This document shows, in pieces, positions 43,836 to 54,221 of a DNA stretch of 64,000 nucleotides. The position numbers and the translations under genes were made by a program. Under the pieces are notes generated by a model. The model made no database searches. It was given only the letters and a program-made list of their open reading frames with translations, and was not told where the DNA came from. The stretch is from the NCBI GenBank assembly GCA_004376265.1, contig SOKL01000197.1, forward strand, positions 1,678 through 65,677, written 5' to 3'. Numbering within the stretch: position 1 is the stretch's first letter; each line of letters opens with the position of its first letter. The DNA comes from Candidatus Thorarchaeota archaeon (GTDB taxonomy: Archaea > Asgardarchaeota > Thorarchaeia > Thorarchaeales > Thorarchaeaceae).

Positions 43836-44976
43836 GATTAATCTCGATAATCTTTTGAATGGTGTCTAGATGGGTCTGTTGAACACGTCTTTTTGATACT
43901 CCTGTAAGAGAAGCAAGAGAAGATCGGACTTTAGATTGTTTGTCCCGCTTTCTGTTACCCTGCCAAACAAGTAAGGGCCATGTCGGCTGAGAATATACAA
44001 CTCTTCGAAAAGGGGTTTTAGTCCTGCTCATTGCTACTCCTGTTGCAAAGAAATCATAGACATAAGCAAGAAGTTTCCAATTCTGGTTTCTCATGATTCT
44101 ACCTAGCGATACATCAGCAAGAGAAAGTCCTTCAAATCCATCGTTCAGCTCTTTTGGGGTTAGAAGATGAAGATGAAGATTTTCTTCAAGCCATAAGATC
44201 AGCGAGTCGTGGGGAAGTTCTGATTCAGATAGTATTCTCCTTGCCATCTTAGAATCATTTGTAGCAAATAGATGCCTCAAAGTTTCTTCTGTCCCTCTTC
44301 GAATATCTCTAGATGTTGTAATAGTTTGCGATGATGAACCACCTCGTACCTGTGACTCCAAGTCCGAAACTGCTGCTCTAAGGTCTCCTTCTGCATTCTC
44401 GATAATCTCTTCAAGAATATCTTCAGACACATTTTCTTGGTTCTCTGATAGAATATACCTCAATACAGTTGTCATATCATCGCTTTCAATTAATCCAAAA
44501 TTGAAGACTTGGCACACCTTCAATAAGTCTTTGAGTCGGGGACTATTAGGATCATTTGCGGTCATTACAATTGGATGTACGGCATCTCTGATTACTTTCA
44601 GGATTGCACCTACTCCCCCTCTGTCACTAGTACCTGAAAGACCATCAACCTCATCTAGGAGTATGATCCTATCTCGTCCATCTAGAGTCATTTGGGACGC
44701 AGCTCGCCACACTAAAGTTTCGATACTATCCTTATTCCTCTTATCGCTGGAATTAAACTCAACTAATTCCATATCCAAATCATTTGAGATTGCGCCTACT
44801 GATGCAGTTTTTCCTGTTCCAGGAGGACCAATTAGAAGGGCTGCGCTCTTACTTGGTTTTCCTAACATCCATGAATCAATCCAAGCCTTTAATGCCTTGA
44901 TTGTTTCGGGATTTCCTACTAGCTCACTGAGACTTTTAGGACGATGCTTCTCAGACCAAGGTAGATTATCATTCAA
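43762..44976 (-). CDS. rfcL: replication factor C large subunit
   Basis: LPWSEKHRPKSL and GPPGTGKTA. The start is taken as TTG 44976 (alternatively GTG 44985), overlapping the rfcS stop. The longer track ORF is an artefact. Confidence 0.8.
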   Translation of the reverse strand: MNDNLPWSEKHRPKSLSELVGNPETIKALKAWIDSWMLGKPSKSAALLIGPPGTGKTASVGAISNDLDMELVEFNSSDKRNKDSIETLVWRAASQMTLDGRDRIILLDEVDGLSGTSDRGGVGAILKVIRDAVHPIVMTANDPNSPRLKDLLKVCQVFNFGLIESDDMTTVLRYILSENQENVSEDILEEIIENAEGDLRAAVSDLESQVRGGSSSQTITTSRDIRRGTEETLRHLFATNDSKMARRILSESELPHDSLILWLEENLHLHLLTPKELNDGFEGLSLADVSLGRIMRNQNWKLLAYVYDFFATGVAMSRTKTPFRRVVYSQPTWPLLVWQGNRKRDKQSKVRSSLASLTGVSKRRVQQTHLDTIQKIIEINPKVLKNFAAWLRVEKSALVRKRNR

Positions 44977-45997
44977 CAGAATCACTACCAGTTCCAATAC
45001 GTGCCAGAAGTGATGCCAACTGAATTTCTCCATTTGCACCCTCACCCACACGAAACTCAATCTCTGCTGTATGTTCCAAAATGACCATCCTTTTGTGAGG
45101 TTCAAGACCGAGACTATCAACTTCACGATGCATCTGTTTCACTAGGTCAATAGGTGAAACACCTTGCCGGTAAATAAGATCTCTAAGACTATCGAGAGAA
45201 TCGACATATCGACCCTTATGTGCATCAATCAGCATCTGTCGTACACTCTCAGGATTTGCTCTCCCTGAAATTGAATACACAACTTCATCTGTCACTTTTT
45301 CCCCTGTAGATGATGCAGCCTGAAGGAGGTTTAGTGCCGCTCTCATATCACCTTCCGTAAGATATAGAATAGCCTCGATACCTGTTGGTGCAAGATCAAC
45401 ATTCTCTTTCTTTGCAACAAACTTGAGCCTACCTGAAATATCATCTTCACTTAGTTTTGAGAAACGGAAAATAGCACATCTTGATTGAATTGGAGGAATA
45501 ATCCTACTCGAATAGTTACAGATTAACACCATTCTACATGAGGCTGCGTACGATTCCATGGTTCGTCGAAGAGCATGCTGTGCGTCCGATGTAAGATGAT
45601 CGGCTTCATCAAGAACTAGTATCTTGAACGGTGCGTTTCCTGAAGGCATTGTTCGTGCAAAATTCTTAATTTGATTTCTCACAACGTCTATTCCTCTTTC
45701 GTCACTGGCGTTAAGTTCCATGAAGTTTCGTTCAAAGGAATCACCAAAGAAGTCTCTCGCCATTGCCATTGCCGCTGTAGTTTTACTAGTCCCTGGTGGT
45801 CCTGTAAAAAGACAGTGTGGCACCACCTTATTCTCAACGAATTTCTTCAAGCTGTCAATCACTGATTCTTGACCAATGATTCCACTCAATGAAGGTGGTC
45901 GGTATTTTTCAGTCCATAAATCCAGATCCATTGAAGTTCCTTCCATATCTTGTAGATGTTTCAGTTTTACAGCCAGAATCTGCTTCGACTCTTTCAT
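44969..45997 (-). CDS. rfcS: replication factor C small subunit
   Basis: LWTEKYRPPSL, GPPGTSKTT, LDEADHLT and the SRC motif QSRCAIFRF. No intein. Confidence 0.9.
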   Translation of the reverse strand: MKESKQILAVKLKHLQDMEGTSMDLDLWTEKYRPPSLSGIIGQESVIDSLKKFVENKVVPHCLFTGPPGTSKTTAAMAMARDFFGDSFERNFMELNASDERGIDVVRNQIKNFARTMPSGNAPFKILVLDEADHLTSDAQHALRRTMESYAASCRMVLICNYSSRIIPPIQSRCAIFRFSKLSEDDISGRLKFVAKKENVDLAPTGIEAILYLTEGDMRAALNLLQAASSTGEKVTDEVVYSISGRANPESVRQMLIDAHKGRYVDSLDSLRDLIYRQGVSPIDLVKQMHREVDSLGLEPHKRMVILEHTAEIEFRVGEGANGEIQLASLLARIGTGSDSVE

Positions 45998-46106
45998 GAC
46001 ACCTTAAAAGATTCTCTGACCAATCCGATATAATCTAAATGCTGATTTAATCACTATGTTTCGTTATCAAAGAGCAAGGGCTTTATCTCCGATAACATAG
46101 AATAAA

Positions 46107-46676
46107 GTGTGGGAAGTCATGAAGCTGTGCAGTGAAGCAAAAGATGTGATGAAGCAATTTGATATGCTATTTCTCAATGAGATTCGGGAATGTATTTTCC
46201 AGAAATCTCTCCCTGAGATAAATGTGAATGGGAAGAAATTAGGTCCCTTCAATAAAGATGACAGAGCAAATCTGCCTAATTGGGTGATTGAGCGACTTCT
46301 AAATCGCGGAATAGTTGATCTTTCTCCAGAAGATGCGTATGACTCTGTACGACGTCTTCAGAACCTATATCGTGAAGAAGAGAAACAACCACACAAATTG
46401 CAGACGTTTCAACCATTTCTTTACACAGCTTTTGGGAGGAAGTTAATTCGTCTACAAAGTGATAAGACATCTATAGACCCACGAAAATATGAAGAAATCG
46501 AGAAACTACAGCGCATGGTTCCATTTCTGGTCGAAACCAGATTATCGAAGATTCTCCGTGTTGCGAAATCAGGGGGGTATCAAGAAAAACGAAAACTGAT
46601 GGCTTATGAAGAGCGTTGGCTGTGTGAGGAACTAATCGATCTCTTGTCTGGATGGCGCCAAAACATCTTGAAATAG
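46107..46676 (+). CDS. GINS complex subunit (Gins23-like position upstream of mcm)
   Basis: About 185 aa and helical. LPNWVIERLLNRGIVDL and RLSKILRVAK resemble Psf/Sld5 A-domain blocks. Its position next to mcm matches Sulfolobus. Confidence 0.55.
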   Translation: MWEVMKLCSEAKDVMKQFDMLFLNEIRECIFQKSLPEINVNGKKLGPFNKDDRANLPNWVIERLLNRGIVDLSPEDAYDSVRRLQNLYREEEKQPHKLQTFQPFLYTAFGRKLIRLQSDKTSIDPRKYEEIEKLQRMVPFLVETRLSKILRVAKSGGYQEKRKLMAYEERWLCEELIDLLSGWRQNILK

Positions 46677-46738
46677 GCTGTGAGTATTAGTGTCCTTAAA
46701 TACAAATCCCGAAGAACTAAAAATCGAATACAGAAAGA

Positions 46739-48826
46739 ATGTCATCGAGGTTGAGAAAGATGTCTGGTTATGATGAACAGGAAAGGTTTGAAGAGTTTCT
46801 AAGAACCTACAAAGACGAACATGGAATCTCTACCTATTGGACTCGAGTTCAACAGATGTCTATTAATGATGAAATTTCAATAACTGTAGATTTTCAGGAT
46901 CTATCAAGCTTCGATAATGTGTTCATAGCCCTCGCAGCTGAAGACCCAAAAAGATTCCTCGAAATGGTCAACGGGGCTTTGCTTTCTGTGCTAAGAGTCG
47001 AAGATCCCGATTATATCAATAGTCTTGCTGATATTAGTGTCATAAAAACCCGTTTCACTGGGTATCCAGATCACGTCCCGCTTCGTACAATTCGTTCGCG
47101 TCATATTGGAAAGTTGATTCACATCAGCGGAATTATGATGCGTGCCAGTGAAGTCAAACCTCTACTAGTAAAAGCTATTTTTCTGTGTCGAATTTGTCAT
47201 GCAGAAATCCCTCAAGATCAAGATGAAGGAAAGTATACTGAACCTGCGCTATGTCCGGTTTGCACAAAAAAGACTCCGATACGACTAATCCCTCAGAAAT
47301 CACAATTCAAGGACTGGCAGAAGGTCAGAATACAAGAATCACCAGAAGAACTACCTCCTGGGCAGATGCCCCGATCAGTCGATGTCATTTTAGAAGGTGA
47401 TATCGTTGACATATCCAGACCTGGAGATTTGGTTAAAGTCACTGGAGTATTACAGACATCTCCTGATTTCTCAAGAAGAGGTGGTAGGTTAGCCACATTC
47501 AACATATTCATCGAGGCAAACGGTGTTGAGATATCTGATAAAGAGCATGAACAGATTCAGATATCAGAAGAAGATGTGAAACGTATCGAAGAATTGTCTC
47601 AACATCCACAAGTTTACGAAAGAATTCATGCATCTATCGCACCCTCAATCCAAGGACATGAAGATATCAAAGAATCTATTGCCCTTCTAATCTTTGGTGG
47701 AGTACCAAAGTTACTATCTGATGGAACTCGTTTAAGGGGTAAATCAAACATATTGATGATTGGAGATCCTGGAACTGGTAAGAGCCAGATACTCAAGTTC
47801 GTATCCGTACTTGCCACTCGAGGACTGTATACATCAGGAAAAGGAACAACCGCTGCTGGACTTACTGCAGCAGTTGTTCATGACACAGATTCTAGCGCAA
47901 TGACCCTTGAGGCTGGAGCTTTAGTCTTAGCAGATCAAGGAATAGCTTGTATTGACGAGTTTGATAAGATGGACCCCAATGACCGGACTGCTATACATGA
48001 AGCAATGGAACAACACACAGTCAGTATTGCAAAAGCAGGTATTGTAGCTACACTCAATGCAAGAACCTCAATTCTCGCAGCTGCAAATCCAACCTTGGGT
48101 CGTTATGAAGATTCGCTTACTCTTCAAGAAAACATAAGACTGCCATTTACAATCTTATCACGATTTGACCTGATTTGGATCATGGTCGATACTGTGAATG
48201 TTGAACAAGACCGTGAACTAGCAAAATTTATTCTAGACATGCACCAGATGAAGAAACCTCCGGATCAAAGTGGCATATCACCTATCTCCCCCGACTTTCT
48301 GAAGAAATACATTGGATATGCAAATCTTAACGTATCTCCCCAACTTACTCCGGAAGCAGCAGAGGTCATTGAGAATTTCTATGTCGACCTAAGAAAAAGC
48401 GCTGAGGGCGGAGGAGCAATTCCTATCACTGCTCGGCAACTTGAATCACTTGTTAGACTTGCGGAGGCAAGAGCCAGAATGGCACTTCGATCTAAAGTCA
48501 ACAAAGAAGATGCCCGAGCGGCAGTTCGCTTGATGGAAGAATCATTGCGGATGGTAGCAATGGATAGAATAACTGGTAGAATTGACATCGATCGTCAAGT
48601 GTCCAAAATGAGCGCTGAACAGAGAAGCTCGTCTGATATCATCATCAAAGCACTACGAGATATGGAGGCGGAGGGAACTTCAACAGCGAACATAGATGCT
48701 TTGATACAGAGAACTGTTTCAATGGGTCTATCACGTGAAAGAGCTGAAAAGGTCATTGAGAAACTACTCAACGACGGGATACTATATAGTCCACGAGAGG
48801 GTAAAATCAGACACTCCCAGAGCTAA
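46739..48826 (+). CDS. mcm: MCM replicative helicase
   Basis: Zn motif CRICH..CPVC, Walker A GDPGTGKS, Walker B IDEFDKM, arginine finger SRFDL and a C-terminal winged helix. 695 aa, no intein. Confidence 0.95.
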   Translation: MSSRLRKMSGYDEQERFEEFLRTYKDEHGISTYWTRVQQMSINDEISITVDFQDLSSFDNVFIALAAEDPKRFLEMVNGALLSVLRVEDPDYINSLADISVIKTRFTGYPDHVPLRTIRSRHIGKLIHISGIMMRASEVKPLLVKAIFLCRICHAEIPQDQDEGKYTEPALCPVCTKKTPIRLIPQKSQFKDWQKVRIQESPEELPPGQMPRSVDVILEGDIVDISRPGDLVKVTGVLQTSPDFSRRGGRLATFNIFIEANGVEISDKEHEQIQISEEDVKRIEELSQHPQVYERIHASIAPSIQGHEDIKESIALLIFGGVPKLLSDGTRLRGKSNILMIGDPGTGKSQILKFVSVLATRGLYTSGKGTTAAGLTAAVVHDTDSSAMTLEAGALVLADQGIACIDEFDKMDPNDRTAIHEAMEQHTVSIAKAGIVATLNARTSILAAANPTLGRYEDSLTLQENIRLPFTILSRFDLIWIMVDTVNVEQDRELAKFILDMHQMKKPPDQSGISPISPDFLKKYIGYANLNVSPQLTPEAAEVIENFYVDLRKSAEGGGAIPITARQLESLVRLAEARARMALRSKVNKEDARAAVRLMEESLRMVAMDRITGRIDIDRQVSKMSAEQRSSSDIIIKALRDMEAEGTSTANIDALIQRTVSMGLSRERAEKVIEKLLNDGILYSPREGKIRHSQS

Positions 48827-48849
48827 ACACGACACTAGTAATAATCTCG

Positions 48850-51102
48850 GTGGAGATGGGTAAAATTCGATTGGAAGAGTTGCAAATCAATAAGAAAATA
48901 ATCGCACATCTTCAGACACATGGGATTTCAGAGCTCTTTGAACCACAGGAGATGGCGTTTAAAACGGGGGTTCTCAGCGGAAAAAACCTTGTATTAGCAA
49001 TCCCCACAAGCTCTGGAAAAACGTTAGTCGCAGAAATCTGCATGCTCAAAGCTATTCTTGATGGACGCGGAAAGGCACTATATCTTGTGCCATTAAAATC
49101 ACTTGCACGTGAAAAGTATACTGAATTCAAAAAGTACGAGGAACTAGGAATAACCACCGCTATGTCTGTAGGGGATTACGATTCACCTGGAAGAAACCTG
49201 AAAGATGCTGACATTGTTGTAGTGACAACCGAGCGAGCCGATTCTCTAGTCCGCCATAAGACTGAGTGGATTAACAATGTAGGGATTGTTGTTGCTGATG
49301 AGGTTCATCTCATCAATGACATAAAACGAGGACCGACCCTTGAGATGGTGTTAGCTAAACTAATGCAAATCGTCGAAAATATACAAATTATTGCTCTGAG
49401 TGCTACAATCTCGAATGCAGATCAAATTGCTGAATGGCTCAAAGCTGAAATGGTGAAAAGTACTTGGAGACCGGTACCCCTGAGTGAAGGAGTCTATCTA
49501 GATGGTAAAATCGATTTCTTCCAAAATGGAAGAATTAAATCTAGAGATATCAAAAGAGAACGAAAGATGGAATTAGCCGATATTACCTGTGATACCCTTG
49601 ACGATCATGGACAGGTTCTCATTTTCGTATCCAGCCGTCGTTCAACCGTTGCAGTAGCGAAGAAACTTGCATCATCTTTGCGTCGCTACATCACAGAAGA
49701 TGCAATACATCTCTTAGCAAAAGGAGCTAAGAAAATCGCTTCATCTCCATCAGCACCTGAAGCCTCCAAAACTTTAGCTCGATTAGTGGCCAATGGTGCA
49801 GCATTCCATCATGCAGGTCTTGATAACAAAGAACGTGCGCTTGTGGAGGATTATTTCAAAGCCAACTTATTGAAGGTAATTGTTGCAACACCAACCCTTG
49901 CTGCAGGGGTGAACTTACCAGCAAGACGGGTCATCATTCGGGATTATCGTCGATTCGACCAAGATCAGGGTAGTTACGCCATACCGGTTTTGGAATACAA
50001 ACAAATGGCAGGTCGTGCTGGACGACCCAAATACGATGACTATGGAGAAGCAGTACTTTTTGCACGAACTGAACCTGAACATGATTTTCTAATTGACAAT
50101 TATACATTATCTGAACCCGAGGAAATCACCTCTAAACTTGCATCGCCACGTGCGGTTAGGTCTCATCTACTAGCCTCAATTGCTTCGGAGATGACGCAAA
50201 ATCGTGAGGAAATAGACTCGCTGATCGCTGGTACATTCTTCTCGCATCAAAATGGGCAACTGGAAATGGATCATCATATCTCAAGCGCCTTAGGGTTCCT
50301 TGAGAGTGGTGGTCTCATTAAAACCTCATCGTCGAATATGTTTTCAGCTACACCTCTAGGCAAGAGAGCATCCCGACTCTATATTGATCCCTACACTGCA
50401 ATTCTTCTTCGAGATGTATTAACAGAAACAAACAAACACAGTACGTTAGGTTTCTTGCATCTCATTTGCTATACGCCTGATCAACCAGTTACATATGTGA
50501 CCCAAGCGGAAACTGAGGAATACTCTACTCTACTTCATAATCAACTCAACGAGCTCATGGTTGAACCACCGGTGGAAGAAGAAGGACCTCGTGCATATTC
50601 AGACTTTTTGGCACAGCTCAAGACAGCATCCATTCTTCATGACTGGATTTCCGAAAAGACTGATAATAACATAACAGAGCAATATAACGTCGGAATGGGC
50701 GATGTACACAGATTTGTACGATCTGCAGAATGGCTGACATACGCCGCATCGGAGATTGCACGAATAGTTGACGCCCCCACTCATATTGCACCACTCCACA
50801 ATTTAAAATCCAGGCTTCGTTATGGAGTGCGAACCAATATCCTTGAACTTGTGAGTCTTAGAGGCGTTGGTCGCATTAGAGGTCGAATGCTTCACAATCA
50901 CGGTTTTACAAACCTTGCCGACTTGTATAAGGTTCCCATAGACGAATTGGCGAGAATACCTACTATAGGCTCTTCGATTGCAGAATCCATCAAGAAACAG
51001 TTGGGCATCGATGTAAAAACTAGAACTCGAATAGAGGAAGAACATCAAATAGAAGATGATGCTGATTCTGTACAGACATTGTTAGAAGATTTTGGAAACT
51101 AA
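48850..51102 (+). CDS. hel308: Ski2-like DNA helicase Hel308/Hjm
   Basis: PTSSGKT, DEVH, SAT and HHAGL motifs, followed by winged-helix, ratchet and HhH domains. GTG 48850 or ATG 48856. Confidence 0.9.
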   Translation: MEMGKIRLEELQINKKIIAHLQTHGISELFEPQEMAFKTGVLSGKNLVLAIPTSSGKTLVAEICMLKAILDGRGKALYLVPLKSLAREKYTEFKKYEELGITTAMSVGDYDSPGRNLKDADIVVVTTERADSLVRHKTEWINNVGIVVADEVHLINDIKRGPTLEMVLAKLMQIVENIQIIALSATISNADQIAEWLKAEMVKSTWRPVPLSEGVYLDGKIDFFQNGRIKSRDIKRERKMELADITCDTLDDHGQVLIFVSSRRSTVAVAKKLASSLRRYITEDAIHLLAKGAKKIASSPSAPEASKTLARLVANGAAFHHAGLDNKERALVEDYFKANLLKVIVATPTLAAGVNLPARRVIIRDYRRFDQDQGSYAIPVLEYKQMAGRAGRPKYDDYGEAVLFARTEPEHDFLIDNYTLSEPEEITSKLASPRAVRSHLLASIASEMTQNREEIDSLIAGTFFSHQNGQLEMDHHISSALGFLESGGLIKTSSSNMFSATPLGKRASRLYIDPYTAILLRDVLTETNKHSTLGFLHLICYTPDQPVTYVTQAETEEYSTLLHNQLNELMVEPPVEEEGPRAYSDFLAQLKTASILHDWISEKTDNNITEQYNVGMGDVHRFVRSAEWLTYAASEIARIVDAPTHIAPLHNLKSRLRYGVRTNILELVSLRGVGRIRGRMLHNHGFTNLADLYKVPIDELARIPTIGSSIAESIKKQLGIDVKTRTRIEEEHQIEDDADSVQTLLEDFGN

Positions 51103-51107
51103 CGATG

Positions 51108-52154
51108 TTAAAATAAAGGAGAATCTTGAACAACTCTCTCAATCAGTTCTTCTGTGTATTGTGTGCATGTTTCGCTCTCAGTGTGGCTATCATCAAACAC
51201 TGAAACTTCTAATCCTGACAATTCTTGAAGGAGGTTCAGAGAGCACATACCCATCACTTCAAGATTATACCCACCTTCCAAAAAACAGGTTATTTTTCCA
51301 TCTGTGTACGATTTAGCCAGTTGGTTCAATCGTGAGTTCATCATCGCAAAACCTGAGGTTGTGAGACCAAGTGAAGTCAACGGGTCTTTGAAATGTCCAT
51401 CATATCCTACTGAAACAAGTATGAATTCGGGTTTATATGACTCAAAGAGGGGATCCAGCACACCGTCAAATACGAGTTCATAGGAAACATCCCCTGCACC
51501 CGGGTACATTGCAAGATTGACAGTATACCCCTTTCCAACACCTTCGCCGATTTCATCTGGAAATCCTGAACCTGGGAAGAGTGATCTTCCATCTTGATGT
51601 AGTCCCATATATAGTACATTGTTAGATGAATAGAATGTACTCTGTGTACCATTTCCATGATGTGCATCATAATCAACTATCATGATCCGTTGCATATTAT
51701 ACTCGTTCAATAGATGTTCTGCAGCTACTGCTATATTGTTGATAAAACAAAATCCAAAGGCTCGTTTGTATTCAGCGTGATGTCCCGGAGGTCTACATAA
51801 TACAAATGCATTGTTCGAATCGCTATGCATAATTCTATCTACAGCCTCAATTCCACCTCCTGCAGCTAGAAGTGCTGCATCATAGGTGTGTGCATTGACT
51901 GCTGTATCCATTGTATAGAAGCCACCCCCTTTCTCTGATTTCTCTCTTATGCCTTCCAAGTAAGTCTCATCATGAATTGGATATATCTTATCCAACGAAG
52001 CTTTCTGGGGTGTTAGGAGATTCACCTGTAGACTTTCTAAAAGACCTGCGGTTGTAAAGGACTTCATAGCACTTCTCAACCGGTCTGGATTTTCCGGATG
52101 TCCTGGAGACATTACATGTTCAACAAATTCATCATGATATACCAAATCGGTCAT
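51108..52154 (-). CDS. histone deacetylase-family amidohydrolase (AcuC/acetylpolyamine deacetylase-like)
   Basis: RPPGHHA, DYDAHHGNGTQ and GGY motifs. Confidence 0.8.
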   Translation of the reverse strand: MTDLVYHDEFVEHVMSPGHPENPDRLRSAMKSFTTAGLLESLQVNLLTPQKASLDKIYPIHDETYLEGIREKSEKGGGFYTMDTAVNAHTYDAALLAAGGGIEAVDRIMHSDSNNAFVLCRPPGHHAEYKRAFGFCFINNIAVAAEHLLNEYNMQRIMIVDYDAHHGNGTQSTFYSSNNVLYMGLHQDGRSLFPGSGFPDEIGEGVGKGYTVNLAMYPGAGDVSYELVFDGVLDPLFESYKPEFILVSVGYDGHFKDPLTSLGLTTSGFAMMNSRLNQLAKSYTDGKITCFLEGGYNLEVMGMCSLNLLQELSGLEVSVFDDSHTESETCTQYTEELIERVVQDSPLF

Positions 52155-52222
52155 TGACTATCTATTGCGAGGAAGATACTGATAAGTTTAAAGTCGTACT
52201 CAATTAATCCTCAGACGTAATT

Positions 52223-52236
52223 GGAACACGCGTTCT
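52223..52236. promoter_or_regulatory. palindrome variant GGAACACGCGTTCT (copy 5)
   Basis: Flanks TTGGAACACGcGTTCTAA match copies 1-3 with one substitution. It lies 69-82 nt upstream of the deacetylase start at 52154. Confidence 0.5.
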
Positions 52237-52283
52237 AAGAGTGGCAATGTTTATCTTTAGTTTGAGTTACGGCAATTAATCAC

Positions 52284-52392
52284 GGGTCGGTAGTCTAGCT
52301 TGGTATGATTCTTGCTTGGGGCGACTGAGGAAGTCAAACCTCAAGTCACAGAATGCAAGAGACCGGGAGTTCAAGTCTCCCCCGGCCCACCA
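52284..52392 (+). tRNA. tRNA-Pro (anticodon GGG) with 32-nt intron at canonical 37/38, CCA encoded
   Basis: GGGTCGG-TA-GTC..GAT-T-CTTGC-TTGGGG[intron]T-GCAAG-AGACC-GGGAG-TTCAAGT-CTCCC-CCGGCCC-A-CCA. Confidence 0.85.
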
Positions 52393-52396
52393 TCAC

Positions 52397-52966
52397 TTAT
52401 TGAATATTCCACAATATGTCATAAACTGGTCCAGTGGGCATCAAGGTGCTTTTCATCATGTTGAAACCTGAAATGGTCATAGAACCTATTGTTTCGTTGG
52501 CAATCTCTTCAAGATTATCAACAATCTTTCCAGAATCTTTGACATGTCGTACTCGCGCTATTGTTGCATGAGGAGTATATTTTCTTCTCTCAGGCAGATA
52601 ACCAATGTCATTCAGCAACGAATCAATTTCAAGCTTCAAATCTTGAACTTGTTGTCCATTATTGGTCACGCCAATCCAAACAACTCTCGGTCTTCGATTG
52701 TTAGGGAAAGCTCCCACTCCAGCAATTACTATTTCAAAAGGTTCAATCTCAATCTTTTCGAGTTGATCCCTGATTTGATTGATTCTTGTGATTGGAGTAT
52801 CACCGAAGAATCGTAATGTGAAATGAATGTTATTAATCTCCACAAGTTTCATTTTAGCAGCTTGTGGGTCTAGCCTTTGCTGGACTTGTGACACGCGGGA
52901 CAATAACGCTTGATCATCGATATCGATGCTTAGAAAAGCTCTGACAAGGTTATTCACACTTACCAT
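52397..52966 (-). CDS. thpR: RNA 2',3'-cyclic phosphodiesterase (2H family, LigT/ThpR)
   Basis: Two H-x-T/S-x motifs: HFTLRF and HATIAR. Confidence 0.85.
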   Translation of the reverse strand: MVSVNNLVRAFLSIDIDDQALLSRVSQVQQRLDPQAAKMKLVEINNIHFTLRFFGDTPITRINQIRDQLEKIEIEPFEIVIAGVGAFPNNRRPRVVWIGVTNNGQQVQDLKLEIDSLLNDIGYLPERRKYTPHATIARVRHVKDSGKIVDNLEEIANETIGSMTISGFNMMKSTLMPTGPVYDILWNIQ

Positions 52967-53056
52967 CTCAACAAGTTACAATACATATACATCAATATTA
53001 TCATAACGATTAATGGTTCTAAGGGAATTCTTAAAGGACAATCACAAAACGAAGTC

Positions 53057-54205
53057 GTGGTGACAATCAATAAGTTGACGAAGCGTAAGAAATCTAGCGT
53101 AGATATTCCATCACACACTCGAGAAACCACCAAGAAGAAATCATTGAAACGTGGAATTGAGGTTCCAGAGGCTAATCTTATCGTATTGAAGGCTATCGGA
53201 TTTCCTTTCAGACTGAGAGGAGACCCCAAACCTACAGGTCTTGAAATTGATAATGAAAAAATATTCTCAGATTACGCACGTGAGCAATGGATGGGAAGTT
53301 CAGTTCATTTAGGTGCGTTTCTGTTTGATCGATATATTATGCCGGATTATGCATTTGAAATAGTGGAAGTACATCCTGAACACTCTGTGATTACAGAGAA
53401 TACGCAGATTCAGCTTAGCTCTATCTCTGATTCTGAAACCGTTTCTCCACAACGTTTGATTACGCTTGAAGATGTGATCGGACACGAACCCATGAAACAA
53501 AAGTGTAGATTGATACTGGAATATCTCCGCCATCCTGCTCAGTTTGGAGAATGGGCTCCACGAGCAATACTTTTCCACGGTCCACCGGGGACAGGCAAAA
53601 CACTAACTGCAAGAGCTGTGGCTAGTGAGGCTGATGCAAGAATCTTTCTTGCAAGAGCATCAGATCTTATTGGTGTTCATGTAGGTGATGGAGGGAGGCG
53701 AATTACATCCCTGTTTGATGATGCTCGAAAGCATGCACCAAGCATAATCTTCATTGATGAGCTGGATGCAATCGGTCTTGCCCGTTCTTATCAATCAATA
53801 CGTGGTGACGTTTCAGAAGTTGTGACCGCATTGCTAGGAGAGTTAGACCAGACCACTGAGGAATCTGGAGTCGTAGTTATTGCTGCAACTAATGCACTCC
53901 CCTTGATAGATCCAGCAATTCAGACCCGTTTCGATACTGTATTTGAGTTCTCGTTACCAACACCAAAAGAACGGCTAGAAATCTTGAAACTATACACCAA
54001 ACGTTTACCTCTTAAACTAGAAGCTGACCTACAAGATATTGTTGATAGAACCGAAGGCTTATCTGGTCGAGATCTCCGAGACCGGATTCTGAAAGAATCT
54101 TTGCATCTAGCGATATCCGAAGGTTCTTCGTCAATATCAAAGGATATTGTTCGTCGTGTATTGAACACGATCAAAACCAAGGACACACCTGATTATACAG
54201 TCTAA
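53057..54205 (+). CDS. single-module AAA ATPase with CDC48-N-like domain
   Basis: GTG start. Walker A GPPGTGKT, Walker B IIFIDELD and second region of homology. The N-terminal beta-barrel-like segment is FEIVEVHPEHSVITENTQIQL. Confidence 0.7.
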   Translation: MVTINKLTKRKKSSVDIPSHTRETTKKKSLKRGIEVPEANLIVLKAIGFPFRLRGDPKPTGLEIDNEKIFSDYAREQWMGSSVHLGAFLFDRYIMPDYAFEIVEVHPEHSVITENTQIQLSSISDSETVSPQRLITLEDVIGHEPMKQKCRLILEYLRHPAQFGEWAPRAILFHGPPGTGKTLTARAVASEADARIFLARASDLIGVHVGDGGRRITSLFDDARKHAPSIIFIDELDAIGLARSYQSIRGDVSEVVTALLGELDQTTEESGVVVIAATNALPLIDPAIQTRFDTVFEFSLPTPKERLEILKLYTKRLPLKLEADLQDIVDRTEGLSGRDLRDRILKESLHLAISEGSSSISKDIVRRVLNTIKTKDTPDYTV

Positions 54206-54221
54206 TCAGAGATGAAAATAA

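Noticed and set aside
25280-45126. N-terminal extensions in the supplied ORF track for glmS, rps10, iorB, orc1, rfcL, tfe, the GPN GTPase and the UPF0201-like gene
   Set aside because: The extensions overlap upstream genes or precede conserved N-termini, for example MCGIIG of GlmS and LPWSEKHRP of RfcL. Internal ATG/TTG codons with Shine-Dalgarno-like GGAGG/GGTG spacers fit better.
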